Below are positions 19,410-27,941 of a stretch of 64,000 nucleotides of DNA, one piece after another. The notes under the pieces are model-generated. The model was not told where the DNA came from. It worked only from the letters and a program-made list of their open reading frames with translations, and ran no database searches. Numbering within the stretch: the first letter of the stretch is position 1; every line of letters starts with the position of its first letter. The DNA is from a virus: positions 32,001-96,000 of the IMG/VR virus record IMGVR_UViG_3300044617_000796; one strand, 5' to 3'. Made by a program: the position numbers and the translations under genes.

Positions 19410-20240
19410 ATGTCATCAAATAACAACCCCGAAAATAATCTGTCAGAAGAAGAAATTGAGTATGCAATCAAATCTTTGAAGGAATGGTTCAAGGAAAAAT
19501 GGGTTGATATTTCAAGACCAAAGCCTGGTGGTGGGTTTGAACCATGTGGTCGTGCAGATGCAGCATCTGGTAAATATCCAAAATGTGTACCCGCTTCAAG
19601 AGCAGCAAGAATGACACCAGAGCAAATTGCCTCGGCTGTCAGAAGAAAAAGAACCGCAGAGTCTACTCAGCAAAGACAAGATAAGAAGCCAATAAATGTT
19701 TCAACAGAAAAAGCTGAAACAAGAAACATTCCAACAGACCCAGCCTTATACGCTAGAGTTAAAGCAGCAGCTAAAGCTAAATTTGATGTTTACCCATCGG
19801 CATACGCAAACGCATGGCTTGTCCGTGAATATAAAAAAAGAGGCGGAGGCTATAGAACAGTAAGTAAAGGCTTTGATGTTTATAAAGTTGCAGAAGATCT
19901 AGCGGAAGAAGAGGCAGCTCTTGCTGATGCTCTTGTAACTATTGCCAGAAATTATGGAAAGTTTAACGAAGATGAAACTGGCATCTGGGCTGGCTATGAG
20001 AGCGCTGCAGAAAATGAAGTCAAAAATATTGGTGTTAAGTGCTCTAATTGTGTTCTTTACGAAGGCGATGGGGTTTGTGAAATTATTGCTCAAAAAGTTG
20101 AGGATGAGGGAATGTGTAGATTTGCCATCATTCCAGATGGCGTTGTTAAGCCAGAGGAAGAAGATGACGATATGGAAGATGAAATGGGTAAAAGTGTTGA
20201 ATCTAGCCTCGCTGATGAGGTTATAGAAAATTTACTATGA
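19410..20240 (+). CDS. Multi-module protein (WFKEKWVD/KYPKCVP; YPSAYANAW; Cys-rich HiPIP-like), possible internal head polyprotein
   Basis: Three small modules joined by xxK-(S/A/G) linkers. Confidence 0.55.
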   Translation: MSSNNNPENNLSEEEIEYAIKSLKEWFKEKWVDISRPKPGGGFEPCGRADAASGKYPKCVPASRAARMTPEQIASAVRRKRTAESTQQRQDKKPINVSTEKAETRNIPTDPALYARVKAAAKAKFDVYPSAYANAWLVREYKKRGGGYRTVSKGFDVYKVAEDLAEEEAALADALVTIARNYGKFNEDETGIWAGYESAAENEVKNIGVKCSNCVLYEGDGVCEIIAQKVEDEGMCRFAIIPDGVVKPEEEDDDMEDEMGKSVESSLADEVIENLL

Positions 20241-20277
20241 TATGCTATTAAGCATATCTTAAATACAAGGAGAATAT

Positions 20278-20661
20278 ATGAAAGACAATATGAAGAAAAT
20301 GGTCTCTGACCATACCGCAATGAAATCTTGGCATGAATCAGCAGCAAAGACTGCTGCTGAGCAGATGCAAGACCATGTTAAAGCTGCTGCATGGCACAGC
20401 TCGCAGGTTGATATTATCAAGGGAATGATTCAAGAAGTTCCTCTTGACCCAGAGAAAAAGAGCTCTAGTATCCCAGCCGCTGGCTCAGCATCCACCCCAA
20501 CTTCTGGTGCTGGAAAGACATCACCAACAAAGGAAGTTCCTCTTGACCCAAAAACTGTTAAGAAGGGCGATCTTGTAGAAATGCTTTCGCAACACGAAGA
20601 ACAGTTTGGGAAGTTTGACATGCCAGTAGAAGACATCGCAAGCTTCTTGCTCGCAGAGTAA
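20278..20661 (+). CDS. Hypothetical protein with duplicated EVPLDP motif
   Basis: SD AGGAG; internal repeat. Confidence 0.55.
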   Translation: MKDNMKKMVSDHTAMKSWHESAAKTAAEQMQDHVKAAAWHSSQVDIIKGMIQEVPLDPEKKSSSIPAAGSASTPTSGAGKTSPTKEVPLDPKTVKKGDLVEMLSQHEEQFGKFDMPVEDIASFLLAE

Positions 20662-20670
20662 TGGCTAGAG

Positions 20671-20862
20671 TTGGAAACGATCACTGTTGCGCTAATTGCT
20701 GCTGTAGGAGGAATCCTGGCGGCTCTGGTGCAAAAGAGCAGAGTGGAAAACAAAAACGATCATGGTATAGTCGCTTCTTTACTTCAAGATCTTCATGAAG
20801 ATGTTGCCAAAGTAGAAGATAAACTAGACAATCACATTGATTGGCATTTAAAGAGAAAATAA
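20671..20862 (+). CDS. Small single-TM plus coiled-coil protein (holin-like)
   Basis: N-terminal TM helix; C-terminal KLDNHIDWH. Confidence 0.45.
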   Translation: METITVALIAAVGGILAALVQKSRVENKNDHGIVASLLQDLHEDVAKVEDKLDNHIDWHLKRK

Positions 20863-20866
20863 ATTT

Positions 20867-20938
20867 TAACGGGCGTTTCTTGACTGTAGTATTCCGAAAG
20901 GTTGCTGTAGGTACAGGGAGCGCCCGTTATTTATTTTT
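20867..20938 (+). terminator. Long hairpin plus T-tract (terminator or small RNA)
   Basis: 15-bp and 8-bp stems with G-U pairs, GAAA loop, then TTTATTTTT. Confidence 0.55.
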
Positions 20939-21005
20939 ATAAAAACTGCTTGATTTCCATTTTTATAAATGGTAAGATTTCATTCTTCAATAGAAAGGAT
21001 GCAAA

Positions 21006-21461
21006 ATGTCAGAAGAAATTGTCAACGAGGAAGAAACCAGCTTTACTAGTACAGCCGAGTTCTCTAGGGTATATGATCAATTGATTTCCAAGATTCCAGT
21101 AAATGACCACAGAGTAGCCTCATGTGTTATCTACGGTCACTACAGACAATGGAATGTACAAAAGACATGCAAGTATTACGGAATTTCCATTGAAGAATAT
21201 AATCATTATTCAGAAATATTTAACTTCAAACAAAGGATGGTAAAAGAAATGACTGGTAGAAAATCAAAGCAAGACAACATCGTTAATTTTTTAAAAGTAA
21301 ATGTTGGCAAAGTTGTTACCCCAGTACAAGTAGCTACTGACACACAAATTTCACTTCCAACATTTTACAATTTTTACAACGCAAATCGTTCTTACTTTAA
21401 GAAGGTAAAGCGTGGTCATTTTGAAATTGTAAATCCAGAAATGGAAAGAGCTAACGCTTAA
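21006..21461 (+). CDS. Putative DNA-binding (HTH) protein
   Basis: TPVQVATDTQISLPTFYNF HTH-like segment; promoter-like TTGATT...TGGTAAGAT upstream. Confidence 0.5.
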   Translation: MSEEIVNEEETSFTSTAEFSRVYDQLISKIPVNDHRVASCVIYGHYRQWNVQKTCKYYGISIEEYNHYSEIFNFKQRMVKEMTGRKSKQDNIVNFLKVNVGKVVTPVQVATDTQISLPTFYNFYNANRSYFKKVKRGHFEIVNPEMERANA

Positions 21462-21470
21462 TCGGGATAT

Positions 21471-21695
21471 ATGAGCAACCAACAATGGTCATGGTTATTA
21501 GCATCAATGGGCATTGTTGGGATGTTCTTTATCGGTAAGAAAAAATGGGAAGCTTTTTTGTGGATGATCTGCGTAGAATGTTTTTGGACATACTACGCAG
21601 TAATCACAAAGCAATATGGTTTCATATTAGGATCATTTGCATACGGAATTGTTTATTTAAGAAACGCTTTTATATGGAGAAGAAATGACAGATAA
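21471..21695 (+). CDS. Small membrane protein (PnuC-like half)
   Basis: Three hydrophobic segments, W-rich, QYGF motif. Confidence 0.45.
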   Translation: MSNQQWSWLLASMGIVGMFFIGKKKWEAFLWMICVECFWTYYAVITKQYGFILGSFAYGIVYLRNAFIWRRNDR

Positions 21696-21939
21696 TTTTT
21701 ATGACCCAGAGAAAAACTACAACCCCTGGGCGGTTGAAAGAAGTTTTGAAGATTGGCTTCTTCTTGGAATAAACAACGGTTGGATTTCTAGACCAGTTTG
21801 TTCAACACATGATGGATTACCAAGCACTCGTGACGAAGATGTTGAGTGGGATGAGGGCGGAGACCCATGTGTTTATGCAGTACGCCTTTTTGCTGATGAG
21901 AGTGAAAAGAAAGCTGTGGAAGATAACTGTGGTATATAA
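21685..21939 (+). CDS. Hypothetical protein (GW.S.PVC.THDG.P)
   Basis: Overlapping ORF with SD. Confidence 0.55.
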   Translation: MTDNFYDPEKNYNPWAVERSFEDWLLLGINNGWISRPVCSTHDGLPSTRDEDVEWDEGGDPCVYAVRLFADESEKKAVEDNCGI

Positions 21940-21940
21940 A

Positions 21941-22432
21941 ATGGCAAGACAGCCAGCAAAGGTTGAAGAGATGGATGCTTGGGTTATCCGCTATGTAAAT
22001 AAACTTAAGAACATGATGGGTTTATCCAATTGGACAATTTTAATGCAAGCAAAGCCATCTAGTGCTGATGCTTTAGGAGAGACAGAGGTTATTCACGGTC
22101 AACACCTAGCAAAGATGTATCTACACAAAGACTTCAGAAAAGACTCCCCAGAAGATATTCGTGCAACAATTGTTCATGAGTTACTTCATTGCCACTTGGC
22201 TGTTCTTGAAGAGGCGGTGCATGAAGTTCTTAAGCCAGACTCGGATGATGCAAAAGCAAAAGCTGTGCACAAGATGGTTATCTCCCTTATTGAATATGAG
22301 AACGAAAGAATTATTGACAGTCTTGCAGAATCAATGGGTAAATGGATGCCTGTTCCTGATATGCCCAAGGCAAGGGAGAAAAAGAAAGCAGTAAAGAAAG
22401 TGGTGAAGAAACAGGTAAGAGGCAAAAAGTAA
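21941..22432 (+). CDS. HExxH metallopeptidase-like protein (start reassigned)
   Basis: TIVHELLHCH motif. Confidence 0.6.
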   Translation: MARQPAKVEEMDAWVIRYVNKLKNMMGLSNWTILMQAKPSSADALGETEVIHGQHLAKMYLHKDFRKDSPEDIRATIVHELLHCHLAVLEEAVHEVLKPDSDDAKAKAVHKMVISLIEYENERIIDSLAESMGKWMPVPDMPKAREKKKAVKKVVKKQVRGKK

Positions 22433-23031
22433 TGCAAATTCCAGACAATATGGTTAAGCATATTCAAAAAATATTTGATGGTGAATATGATGTCCCGTAT
22501 GAAAATCCAAATCCAGTAATTTTAGATATCGGTGGTAATGTTGGTGGTTTTTGTTTATGGGCTAATAAAAGATGGAAGAATTCAAAAATTTATTCATACG
22601 AACCAATTAAAAAAAATTTTGAGTATTTAAAAACAAATACAAAAGATCTTGAAAATATTATGGTTATGAATCTTGCAATAGGTTCAAAAACAGAACAAAG
22701 AAGAATGTATTATGGAGCTCACAATGTTGGTGAGTGCAGTTTTCAACATGGCGCTGAACAGATTGAAGAAGGCGAAGATGTTTCTGTTGTAGCAGCAAAC
22801 CTACTCCCAAAAGCAAACATTGTGAAAATTGATACCGAAGGTGCTGAGATTGAGATATTAGAAAATATGGTTATCAAACCAGATGTTTATTTGATTGAAT
22901 ACCACTCAGCATATAACAGAAGAAGAATTGATAATATATTACATGACTACACTTTGGTATCTGCAGATATTGCCCATCCAGATTACGGCATTGTAAAGTA
23001 TTTCTTATCAAGTAAAATAAAATATGAATAA
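22432..23031 (+). CDS. FkbM-family SAM-dependent methyltransferase
   Basis: ILDIGGNVG, YEP and KIDTEGAE motifs. Confidence 0.85.
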   Translation: MQIPDNMVKHIQKIFDGEYDVPYENPNPVILDIGGNVGGFCLWANKRWKNSKIYSYEPIKKNFEYLKTNTKDLENIMVMNLAIGSKTEQRRMYYGAHNVGECSFQHGAEQIEEGEDVSVVAANLLPKANIVKIDTEGAEIEILENMVIKPDVYLIEYHSAYNRRRIDNILHDYTLVSADIAHPDYGIVKYFLSSKIKYE

Positions 23032-23032
23032 C

Positions 23033-23104
23033 GCCCCTTTAGCTCAGCGGTAGAGCACTTCACTTGTAATGAAGCGGTCCTCGGTTCAATTCCGAGAGGG
23101 GGCT
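23033..23104 (+). tRNA. tRNA-Thr(UGU)
   Basis: Cloverleaf: GCCCCTT/AGGGGGC acceptor, CTTCA-CT-TGT-AA-TGAAG anticodon arm, TTCAATT T-loop; CCA not encoded. Confidence 0.92.
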
Positions 23105-23126
23105 CTGATATAAGGAGTAATATAAT

Positions 23127-23762
23127 ATGCCAGAACTAAATGCAAATATTCCACCAATTGAATGCTATGTGCGTGGTAACTTTTTACGCAATCAAGTTGA
23201 TAGCCATGATGTTAAATTTCCATGTGTAATTTTTGGAGTAGCATCAATACCAGATAGAGCGCCAGTGTTTCATTTCTTAATGGAAGATGGTGGTGTTTGG
23301 TGGAGAGCTCCAATAAATGCCTTTTGCTCATCCCTAGATAGCCCTGAAGTTGATCTACATGATTTGGTTATGTGGAACAGTTTTTCTTCCCACATCACAG
23401 TTACAACTTTTGAACACATGCGTGGTATGTCTATGACCTATCTTGACAGGCGTAAAAACAAAGTTGATGGCAAATACATGTTCACACTAGATTGGCACAC
23501 CCCCGATTCAAATATCGTAAACACTGGTTATTCAATTAACCCAGGTCAGCATAAGTGTGGTCATGTAATAAACAGAAAAGATGGCAACTTTGCTATTCAG
23601 CCAAATAACAGGGTTAGACTATGGGATCCTTCTTATACAACAAAGAAAGACGAAAGGTTGATTGAGAGATTGATCAATACAAAAGTCTGGGATGTGGAAG
23701 ATGGCGATAAATGGGTGACATCAGATGATGACCGATACGATTATGACATCATCTCTGAATAA
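23127..23762 (+). CDS. Phage hypothetical protein (QHKCGH...G.FA.QPNNR)
   Basis: SD AAGGAG; 211-aa ORF. Confidence 0.65.
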   Translation: MPELNANIPPIECYVRGNFLRNQVDSHDVKFPCVIFGVASIPDRAPVFHFLMEDGGVWWRAPINAFCSSLDSPEVDLHDLVMWNSFSSHITVTTFEHMRGMSMTYLDRRKNKVDGKYMFTLDWHTPDSNIVNTGYSINPGQHKCGHVINRKDGNFAIQPNNRVRLWDPSYTTKKDERLIERLINTKVWDVEDGDKWVTSDDDRYDYDIISE

Positions 23763-23865
23763 TTTTGAGGGGGTGAATAATGTCAAAACAAGATAAGATT
23801 ACACATGCAGTGTATTTCACACTTCACGCAATTACAATTGCTATACTGTTGATCAAGTAATACAA

Positions 23866-23941
23866 TGGCGAGTAGCTCAGTTGGCAGAGCAAGGGACTGT
23901 TAATCCCTGGGTCGTAGGTTCAAACCCTACCTCGCCAGCCA
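23866..23941 (+). tRNA. tRNA-Asn(GUU) with encoded CCA
   Basis: TGGCGAG/CTCGCCA acceptor, AGGGA-CT-GTT-AA-TCCCT anticodon arm, TTCAAAC T-loop, G-CCA end. Confidence 0.93.
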
Positions 23942-24498
23942 TGAACATTATAGATAATTTTATCCCAGAGATGGAGCAAAATGATTTTGAGCAATATGTT
24001 GCTACATCTCATTTTCCATACAGGCTGTACAATACCCACATTTATTCAGATTCAGAAAATATTGCCTACGAGCACGCCCCGATGCAGTTGTCTCATTTTC
24101 TTTATGAATCTGAATCCGACCAGGCATCCCCACACCTGCCAATCATTACAAAGTTTGTAAAGCAACTTGAGAAGAAATATGGGAAGATTAAATTATTGCG
24201 GGCTAAAGTTAATTTGACTTTCCCATATCCTCCGTATATGAGATATGAACATCAAACCCCCCATATTGACTTGCAATATGATGATGGCAGCCCAGTTGAT
24301 CATAAGGTGCTCCTTTACTACATCAACGACACAGATGGACCGACTTATTTTTTTAATGATAAAAAAGAAATGAGTGACACGGTTTATCCCAAAAAAGGTC
24401 GTGCTGTGATTTTTGATGGCAGCGAAATTCACGCTGCGTCTAATCCTGTTAAGAATCCATTCAGGTTTATACTTAATGTAGACTTCAAGGTTCTATAG
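23941..24498 (+). CDS. 2OG-Fe(II) oxygenase (start reassigned to ATG 23941)
   Basis: MNIIDNF N-terminus, PHID, YYINDTDGPT, HAAS and RFILN motifs; the upstream ORF extension is tRNA sequence. Confidence 0.8.
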   Translation: MNIIDNFIPEMEQNDFEQYVATSHFPYRLYNTHIYSDSENIAYEHAPMQLSHFLYESESDQASPHLPIITKFVKQLEKKYGKIKLLRAKVNLTFPYPPYMRYEHQTPHIDLQYDDGSPVDHKVLLYYINDTDGPTYFFNDKKEMSDTVYPKKGRAVIFDGSEIHAASNPVKNPFRFILNVDFKVL

Positions 24499-24683
24499 TG
24501 GATAAAAACAAAATGCTTAAAATGGATAAAGAAACTTTTAACGAACTCAAGCAGCTGGAGGCGGAACGGGATAGATGGCGGGATATTGCCAACAACCTCC
24601 TCCAGGAATGGTGCGCCAACTATGGAATCAGTCGGGAACGAGCTATTGAGAAATACTTCCCCGAATTTAAGGAATTGGGATGA
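24498..24683 (+). CDS. Hypothetical protein
   Basis: Overlaps previous stop; LEAERDRWR coiled coil. Confidence 0.4.
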   Translation: MDKNKMLKMDKETFNELKQLEAERDRWRDIANNLLQEWCANYGISRERAIEKYFPEFKELG

Positions 24684-24856
24684 TTTGGATTTGGTGGATG
24701 ACTCAGTTGACTTTCATATTCTTATCAGAGATGTTAATCCACATACTTACAGCAATTGTTCTAATTGAGGTGTATCGTAATCGGCGGCTTATCTTACAGT
24801 GGCGCAAAACGGATAAATACTAACTAAAGGATTGTTTACTTGTGGCTATTGCGAGT

Positions 24857-25102
24857 TTATAATTCTATAAAAATGCATTCACCAGGGCACTCTTCGGCGG
24901 CTTCAATAACATCTTCCAACCGATCATCGGGAAAAGATGCTAAACCAGCTGCGCCTTCGGGGTTTCCTCGGAGCTTGGAATAAACCTTCCCGCTCTCTTG
25001 GACATAGGCTAACCCATCCTCCAGCATGGTGAAAACATCGGGTGCTATCTCGGCGCACAGTCCATCTCCAGTACATAGGTCTTGGTCAATCCAAACTCTC
25101 AT
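24857..25102 (-). CDS. Single-cluster ferredoxin (CxxDxxC...CP)
   Basis: WIDQDLCTGDGLCAEIAPDVF...AAEECPGECI. Confidence 0.9.
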   Translation of the reverse strand: MRVWIDQDLCTGDGLCAEIAPDVFTMLEDGLAYVQESGKVYSKLRGNPEGAAGLASFPDDRLEDVIEAAEECPGECIFIEL

Positions 25103-25500
25103 TTGCTCTTGCGCTTTGCAAGTAGGGCATCAAAGTCTTTCACCTTGGTCTCCCCCATGTATCCCCAAGCGTAGCCCTCGTCAATGAGCTGCTCGTTCAA
25201 GGACTTGGCTGCGCCATCAAGGTATACCCAACCTAAAATGCGCCCGTACTTTTCGGTGCTATCGGGAAGCTCTGTTTTTATAATAACTGTTTTGGCTGAA
25301 TCTATCGCACTCTTCACTTTATTTTTAACCTCAAGCCCCAGAGCCTTCTCTCGCAGGTCTTTGGTGCGTGACTCAGGGGTGTCTATTCCAGCCAGTCGGA
25401 CTCGTTGTGCGAAAGAGATATTAAAACCCAGATCAATGTCCACATCAATCGTGTCACCGTCTACTACCTTTGTTACTTTTTTGATATTATATTCGTACAT
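25099..25500 (-). CDS. Thermonuclease (SNase-like)
   Basis: VVDGDTID, VRLAGIDTPE and KYGRILG motifs. Confidence 0.88.
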   Translation of the reverse strand: MYEYNIKKVTKVVDGDTIDVDIDLGFNISFAQRVRLAGIDTPESRTKDLREKALGLEVKNKVKSAIDSAKTVIIKTELPDSTEKYGRILGWVYLDGAAKSLNEQLIDEGYAWGYMGETKVKDFDALLAKRKSK

Positions 25501-25531
25501 TTATCAAGTATAGCAGGTATACTATAAGACT

Positions 25532-25705
25532 ATGGCTATCTATCATTACCGCTGCCACAACCAGCACACCTACGAAGAGTCTAGAAAGATGTCTGAAGAA
25601 CCTAGAGTAGTTACATGTCCTGAGTGCGACCTACCTCTGAAACAAATATTCTCCCCGCCAGGAATCAACTTCAAAGGTCATGGCTTCTACCGTAACTCTC
25701 GGTAA
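25532..25705 (+). CDS. FmdB-family zinc-ribbon protein (57 aa, missing from the ORF track)
   Basis: Translated by hand: MAIYHYRCHNQH...CPECDLPLKQIFSPPGINFKGHGFYRNSR. Confidence 0.8.
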   Translation: MAIYHYRCHNQHTYEESRKMSEEPRVVTCPECDLPLKQIFSPPGINFKGHGFYRNSR

Positions 25706-25756
25706 TACACCCAATCATTATTACTACCCCGCAAATTAGTATCTGTGTATACTGAT

Positions 25757-25831
25757 AAAGGCAGCGAAAGCTAACCTTAGGACCGTTATAGGTGCAGATG
25801 CCTCTGGGCTCAACCCCCAGGGGCATGTGCA
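25757..25831 (+). ncRNA. Candidate small structured RNA
   Basis: TATACT at 25748; GAAA-capped hairpin plus an 11-bp GC-rich hairpin; no credible ORF. Confidence 0.3.
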
Positions 25832-26047
25832 TGTGTAGCGGTCTTTTTTATTCTCCCCCAAACTTTTATACTCCTATACCCGCCCTGAACCTTCCTATCC
25901 CAAATTTGAGTATACATTTTATGAATGTTACTTTTACTTTTAGACGCACTGGAAAATCCTGTGTTCACTAGGGTCAATCGCTGGAGTGCGATTCTGCTTA
26001 AGCAAAGAATTGTACACCAGCGATTGGGAAAGCGGATACAAAGGAAA

Positions 26048-26079
26048 TTGAATACACATTTTCTCTCAAATGCTATTGT
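26048..26079 (+). promoter_or_regulatory. Cassette 1 promoter (box B + extended -10 TGC-TATTGT)
   Basis: TGn-TANNNT with -10 exactly 20 nt after the TTGAAT hexamer, as in all eight cassettes. Confidence 0.65.
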
Positions 26080-26120
26080 AATTTGTGTCAAGGCAATCCC
26101 GCCGAGACAGAGAGGACAGT

Positions 26121-26354
26121 ATGATTACTGAACACTGGACACGACAGAATGAGTTGCGTGAGCGTGAGCGCATGGCACTACGCTTGCTCAACCATATCCT
26201 GTCAATGACAATACCCGTTGAGGCTAATGACGATTGGTCTTGCGTCAAGTTCAACCTCAAATTAGAGGGCGGTTCCATTACCGTAATGACAGGCGCACAA
26301 TATCACCCGTCATGCAATATGTACGAGGTCATGGAATACGAGGTACAGCGATGA
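26121..26354 (+). CDS. Cassette 1 gene a, hypothetical
   Basis: SD GAGG before ATG 26121. Confidence 0.65.
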   Translation: MITEHWTRQNELRERERMALRLLNHILSMTIPVEANDDWSCVKFNLKLEGGSITVMTGAQYHPSCNMYEVMEYEVQR

Positions 26355-26443
26355 AGTACCTACCACGCATTGGCTTCGGCATTGTGATTGGTTGCTTGGT
26401 TCTGATGATTGTTCAGACCATCGCCCACGCCTTTACAATGTGA
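26351..26443 (+). CDS. Cassette 1 gene b, 30-aa single-TM peptide
   Basis: ATGA overlap, GAGG upstream; MKYLPRIGFGIVIGCLVLMIVQTIAHAFTM. Confidence 0.5.
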   Translation: MKYLPRIGFGIVIGCLVLMIVQTIAHAFTM

Positions 26444-26447
26444 GCCC

Positions 26448-26492
26448 GAACCCCGAATGCCTCCCCCCTGAGGCATTCGGGGTTCTTTTTTT
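26448..26492 (+). terminator. Cassette 1 terminator
   Basis: 16-bp perfect stem plus T7. Confidence 0.9.
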
Positions 26493-26631
26493 GTCCCTGC
26501 ACCCGCCCTATCGCATGTCTGTTCCAATGAACTTTAATACACTCACAACACACATGCGATCGGGTGGTGGGCAAGGGCGCTTCAGCATTGCAATTGCACA
26601 CCAACTGTTGAGGATCAGAGCATGAACGAGA

Positions 26632-26663
26632 TTGAATACACATTTTTCCTCACATGGTATGTT
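26632..26663 (+). promoter_or_regulatory. Cassette 2 promoter (TGG-TATGTT)
   Basis: Box B + 20 nt + -10. Confidence 0.7.
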
Positions 26664-26708
26664 TATTGTTATCGGAACACACCTAACCCCGATGAAAGGA
26701 CAAAGACC

Positions 26709-27017
26709 ATGAGTGAAAGAATATGTTCATATCATAGTTGGAACTACTTGTATGAAGTGCACCCAAGCGGTAAGTACTTCATTGCATACCAGTTCAGTTA
26801 CGACAATAAAGAGAGACAAGTTATTGCCGTAGTTGACCGCTATGTAACAGATGACAAGTGGGCTGCTATGCGTTGGTGCAGGGCACAGTATGACCTTGAG
26901 GTTGAACCTTGGGACAGAAGTGCTGAAGCCAACGAGATTAGGGAGAGTGCAAGGGTTGCCTTGCATGAACTCCACGAGTTGGAGAAAGAACAGGACAGGT
27001 ATCGTATCTACGGGTGA
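26709..27017 (+). CDS. Cassette 2 gene, hypothetical
   Basis: SD AAGGA before ATG 26709. Confidence 0.65.
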   Translation: MSERICSYHSWNYLYEVHPSGKYFIAYQFSYDNKERQVIAVVDRYVTDDKWAAMRWCRAQYDLEVEPWDRSAEANEIRESARVALHELHELEKEQDRYRIYG

Positions 27018-27022
27018 TACCA

Positions 27023-27050
27023 TCTCCCCTCGCCTTTGGGCGGGGGGAGA
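27023..27050 (+). terminator. Cassette 2 hairpin (lacks T-tract)
   Basis: 12-bp stem nearly identical to the cassette 6 terminator stem. Confidence 0.55.
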
Positions 27051-27182
27051 ACCCCGACCTAATTGCGAACGATCATACATGTTTTTTAATACACATTCTC
27101 ACAAGAAAAAATCATTGGTGTGCGGAGCTGCTTCAGCGAAAGATTTGTGCACCAACGAATAGGGCACATGCTCTCAACAGCG

Positions 27183-27214
27183 TTTAATACACATTTTTTA
27201 CAAGATGGTATGTT
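27183..27214 (+). promoter_or_regulatory. Cassette 3 promoter (TGG-TATGTT)
   Basis: Box B + 20 nt + -10. Confidence 0.7.
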
Positions 27215-27260
27215 TATTTATGTCAAGGACACTCCCTAACACCTTGACAGGGAGATAGCA

Positions 27261-27452
27261 ATGAAAAAGCGGACAGAAGTTAGTCCAAACCACCCAGTCG
27301 CAAGACTGACACTGGAACAACAATTCATGGTTGTTGCAGGCGCACTCAATCGTGCTACCCAGCAGGGCAACACGAAAGGCATTCAGGGCTTGGCAATGAT
27401 GCTCAAGGGTTACGAGGAAGCAATAGCCAAGAAGAACCAAGAAGCCAAGTAA
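27261..27452 (+). CDS. Cassette 3 gene, hypothetical helical protein
   Basis: SD GGGAG. Confidence 0.65.
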   Translation: MKKRTEVSPNHPVARLTLEQQFMVVAGALNRATQQGNTKGIQGLAMMLKGYEEAIAKKNQEAK

Positions 27453-27469
27453 TACCCTAATCCCCCCAG

Positions 27470-27505
27470 TCCCCTCAAGCCGAAAGGCTTGGGGGGATTT
27501 TTTTT
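27470..27505 (+). terminator. Cassette 3 terminator
   Basis: 12-bp stem, GAAA loop, T8. Confidence 0.9.
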
Positions 27506-27643
27506 GCCTAAACACCAGCGTTCTCACATGACCATACCCTTTATCTTTAATACACATTCTCATCACACAAGAACGGTGGTGTGCAAAGCTGCTTCAGCAA
27601 AAGATTTGTACGCCAACGAATGAGGTACACACTATCAACTCTC

Positions 27644-27675
27644 TTTAATACACATTTTCCATCAGATGGTATGGT
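27644..27675 (+). promoter_or_regulatory. Cassette 4 promoter (TGG-TATGGT)
   Basis: Box B + 20 nt + -10. Confidence 0.7.
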
Positions 27676-27719
27676 TATCTTGTTCCTAGCAATCCCGCTA
27701 GGACAGATTGGAGATAGCA

Positions 27720-27941
27720 ATGAAAATTATGGTTACTATCCAAACCCCGACTTGCCCCGAATGCGGGCATTGGGGCGAGATCCAAATGACCCGTGATGAA
27801 TGGGAGTTTGGCAAGACGGCTAGTTGGCAGGGCGAACTCATTCAGAATTGTTTCCCTACCCTTACCCCAGCCCAGCGTGAGCAACTCATGAATGGCTACC
27901 ATTCAGAGTGTTGGGATAAGATGTTTGCGAGTGCAGAATGA
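27720..27941 (+). CDS. Cassette 4 gene a, zinc-binding-like (CPEC...IQ..FP.L....RE.L..G.H..CWD)
   Basis: SD GGAG before ATG 27720. Confidence 0.7.
   Translation: MKIMVTIQTPTCPECGHWGEIQMTRDEWEFGKTASWQGELIQNCFPTLTPAQREQLMNGYHSECWDKMFASAE

Noticed and set aside
20867-20929. Long hairpin as SRP (4.5S) RNA
   Set aside because: Lacks the conserved CAGG...GGAA...AGCAG domain IV motif and is too short
23881-23940. N-terminal extension of the oxygenase ORF (MAEQGTVNPW...)
   Set aside because: This is tRNA-Asn sequence read in frame
25752-25775. Hammerhead ribozyme (CTGATAA...GAAA)
   Set aside because: Core needs CUGANGA; the G8 position is A and stems I and III cannot be formed
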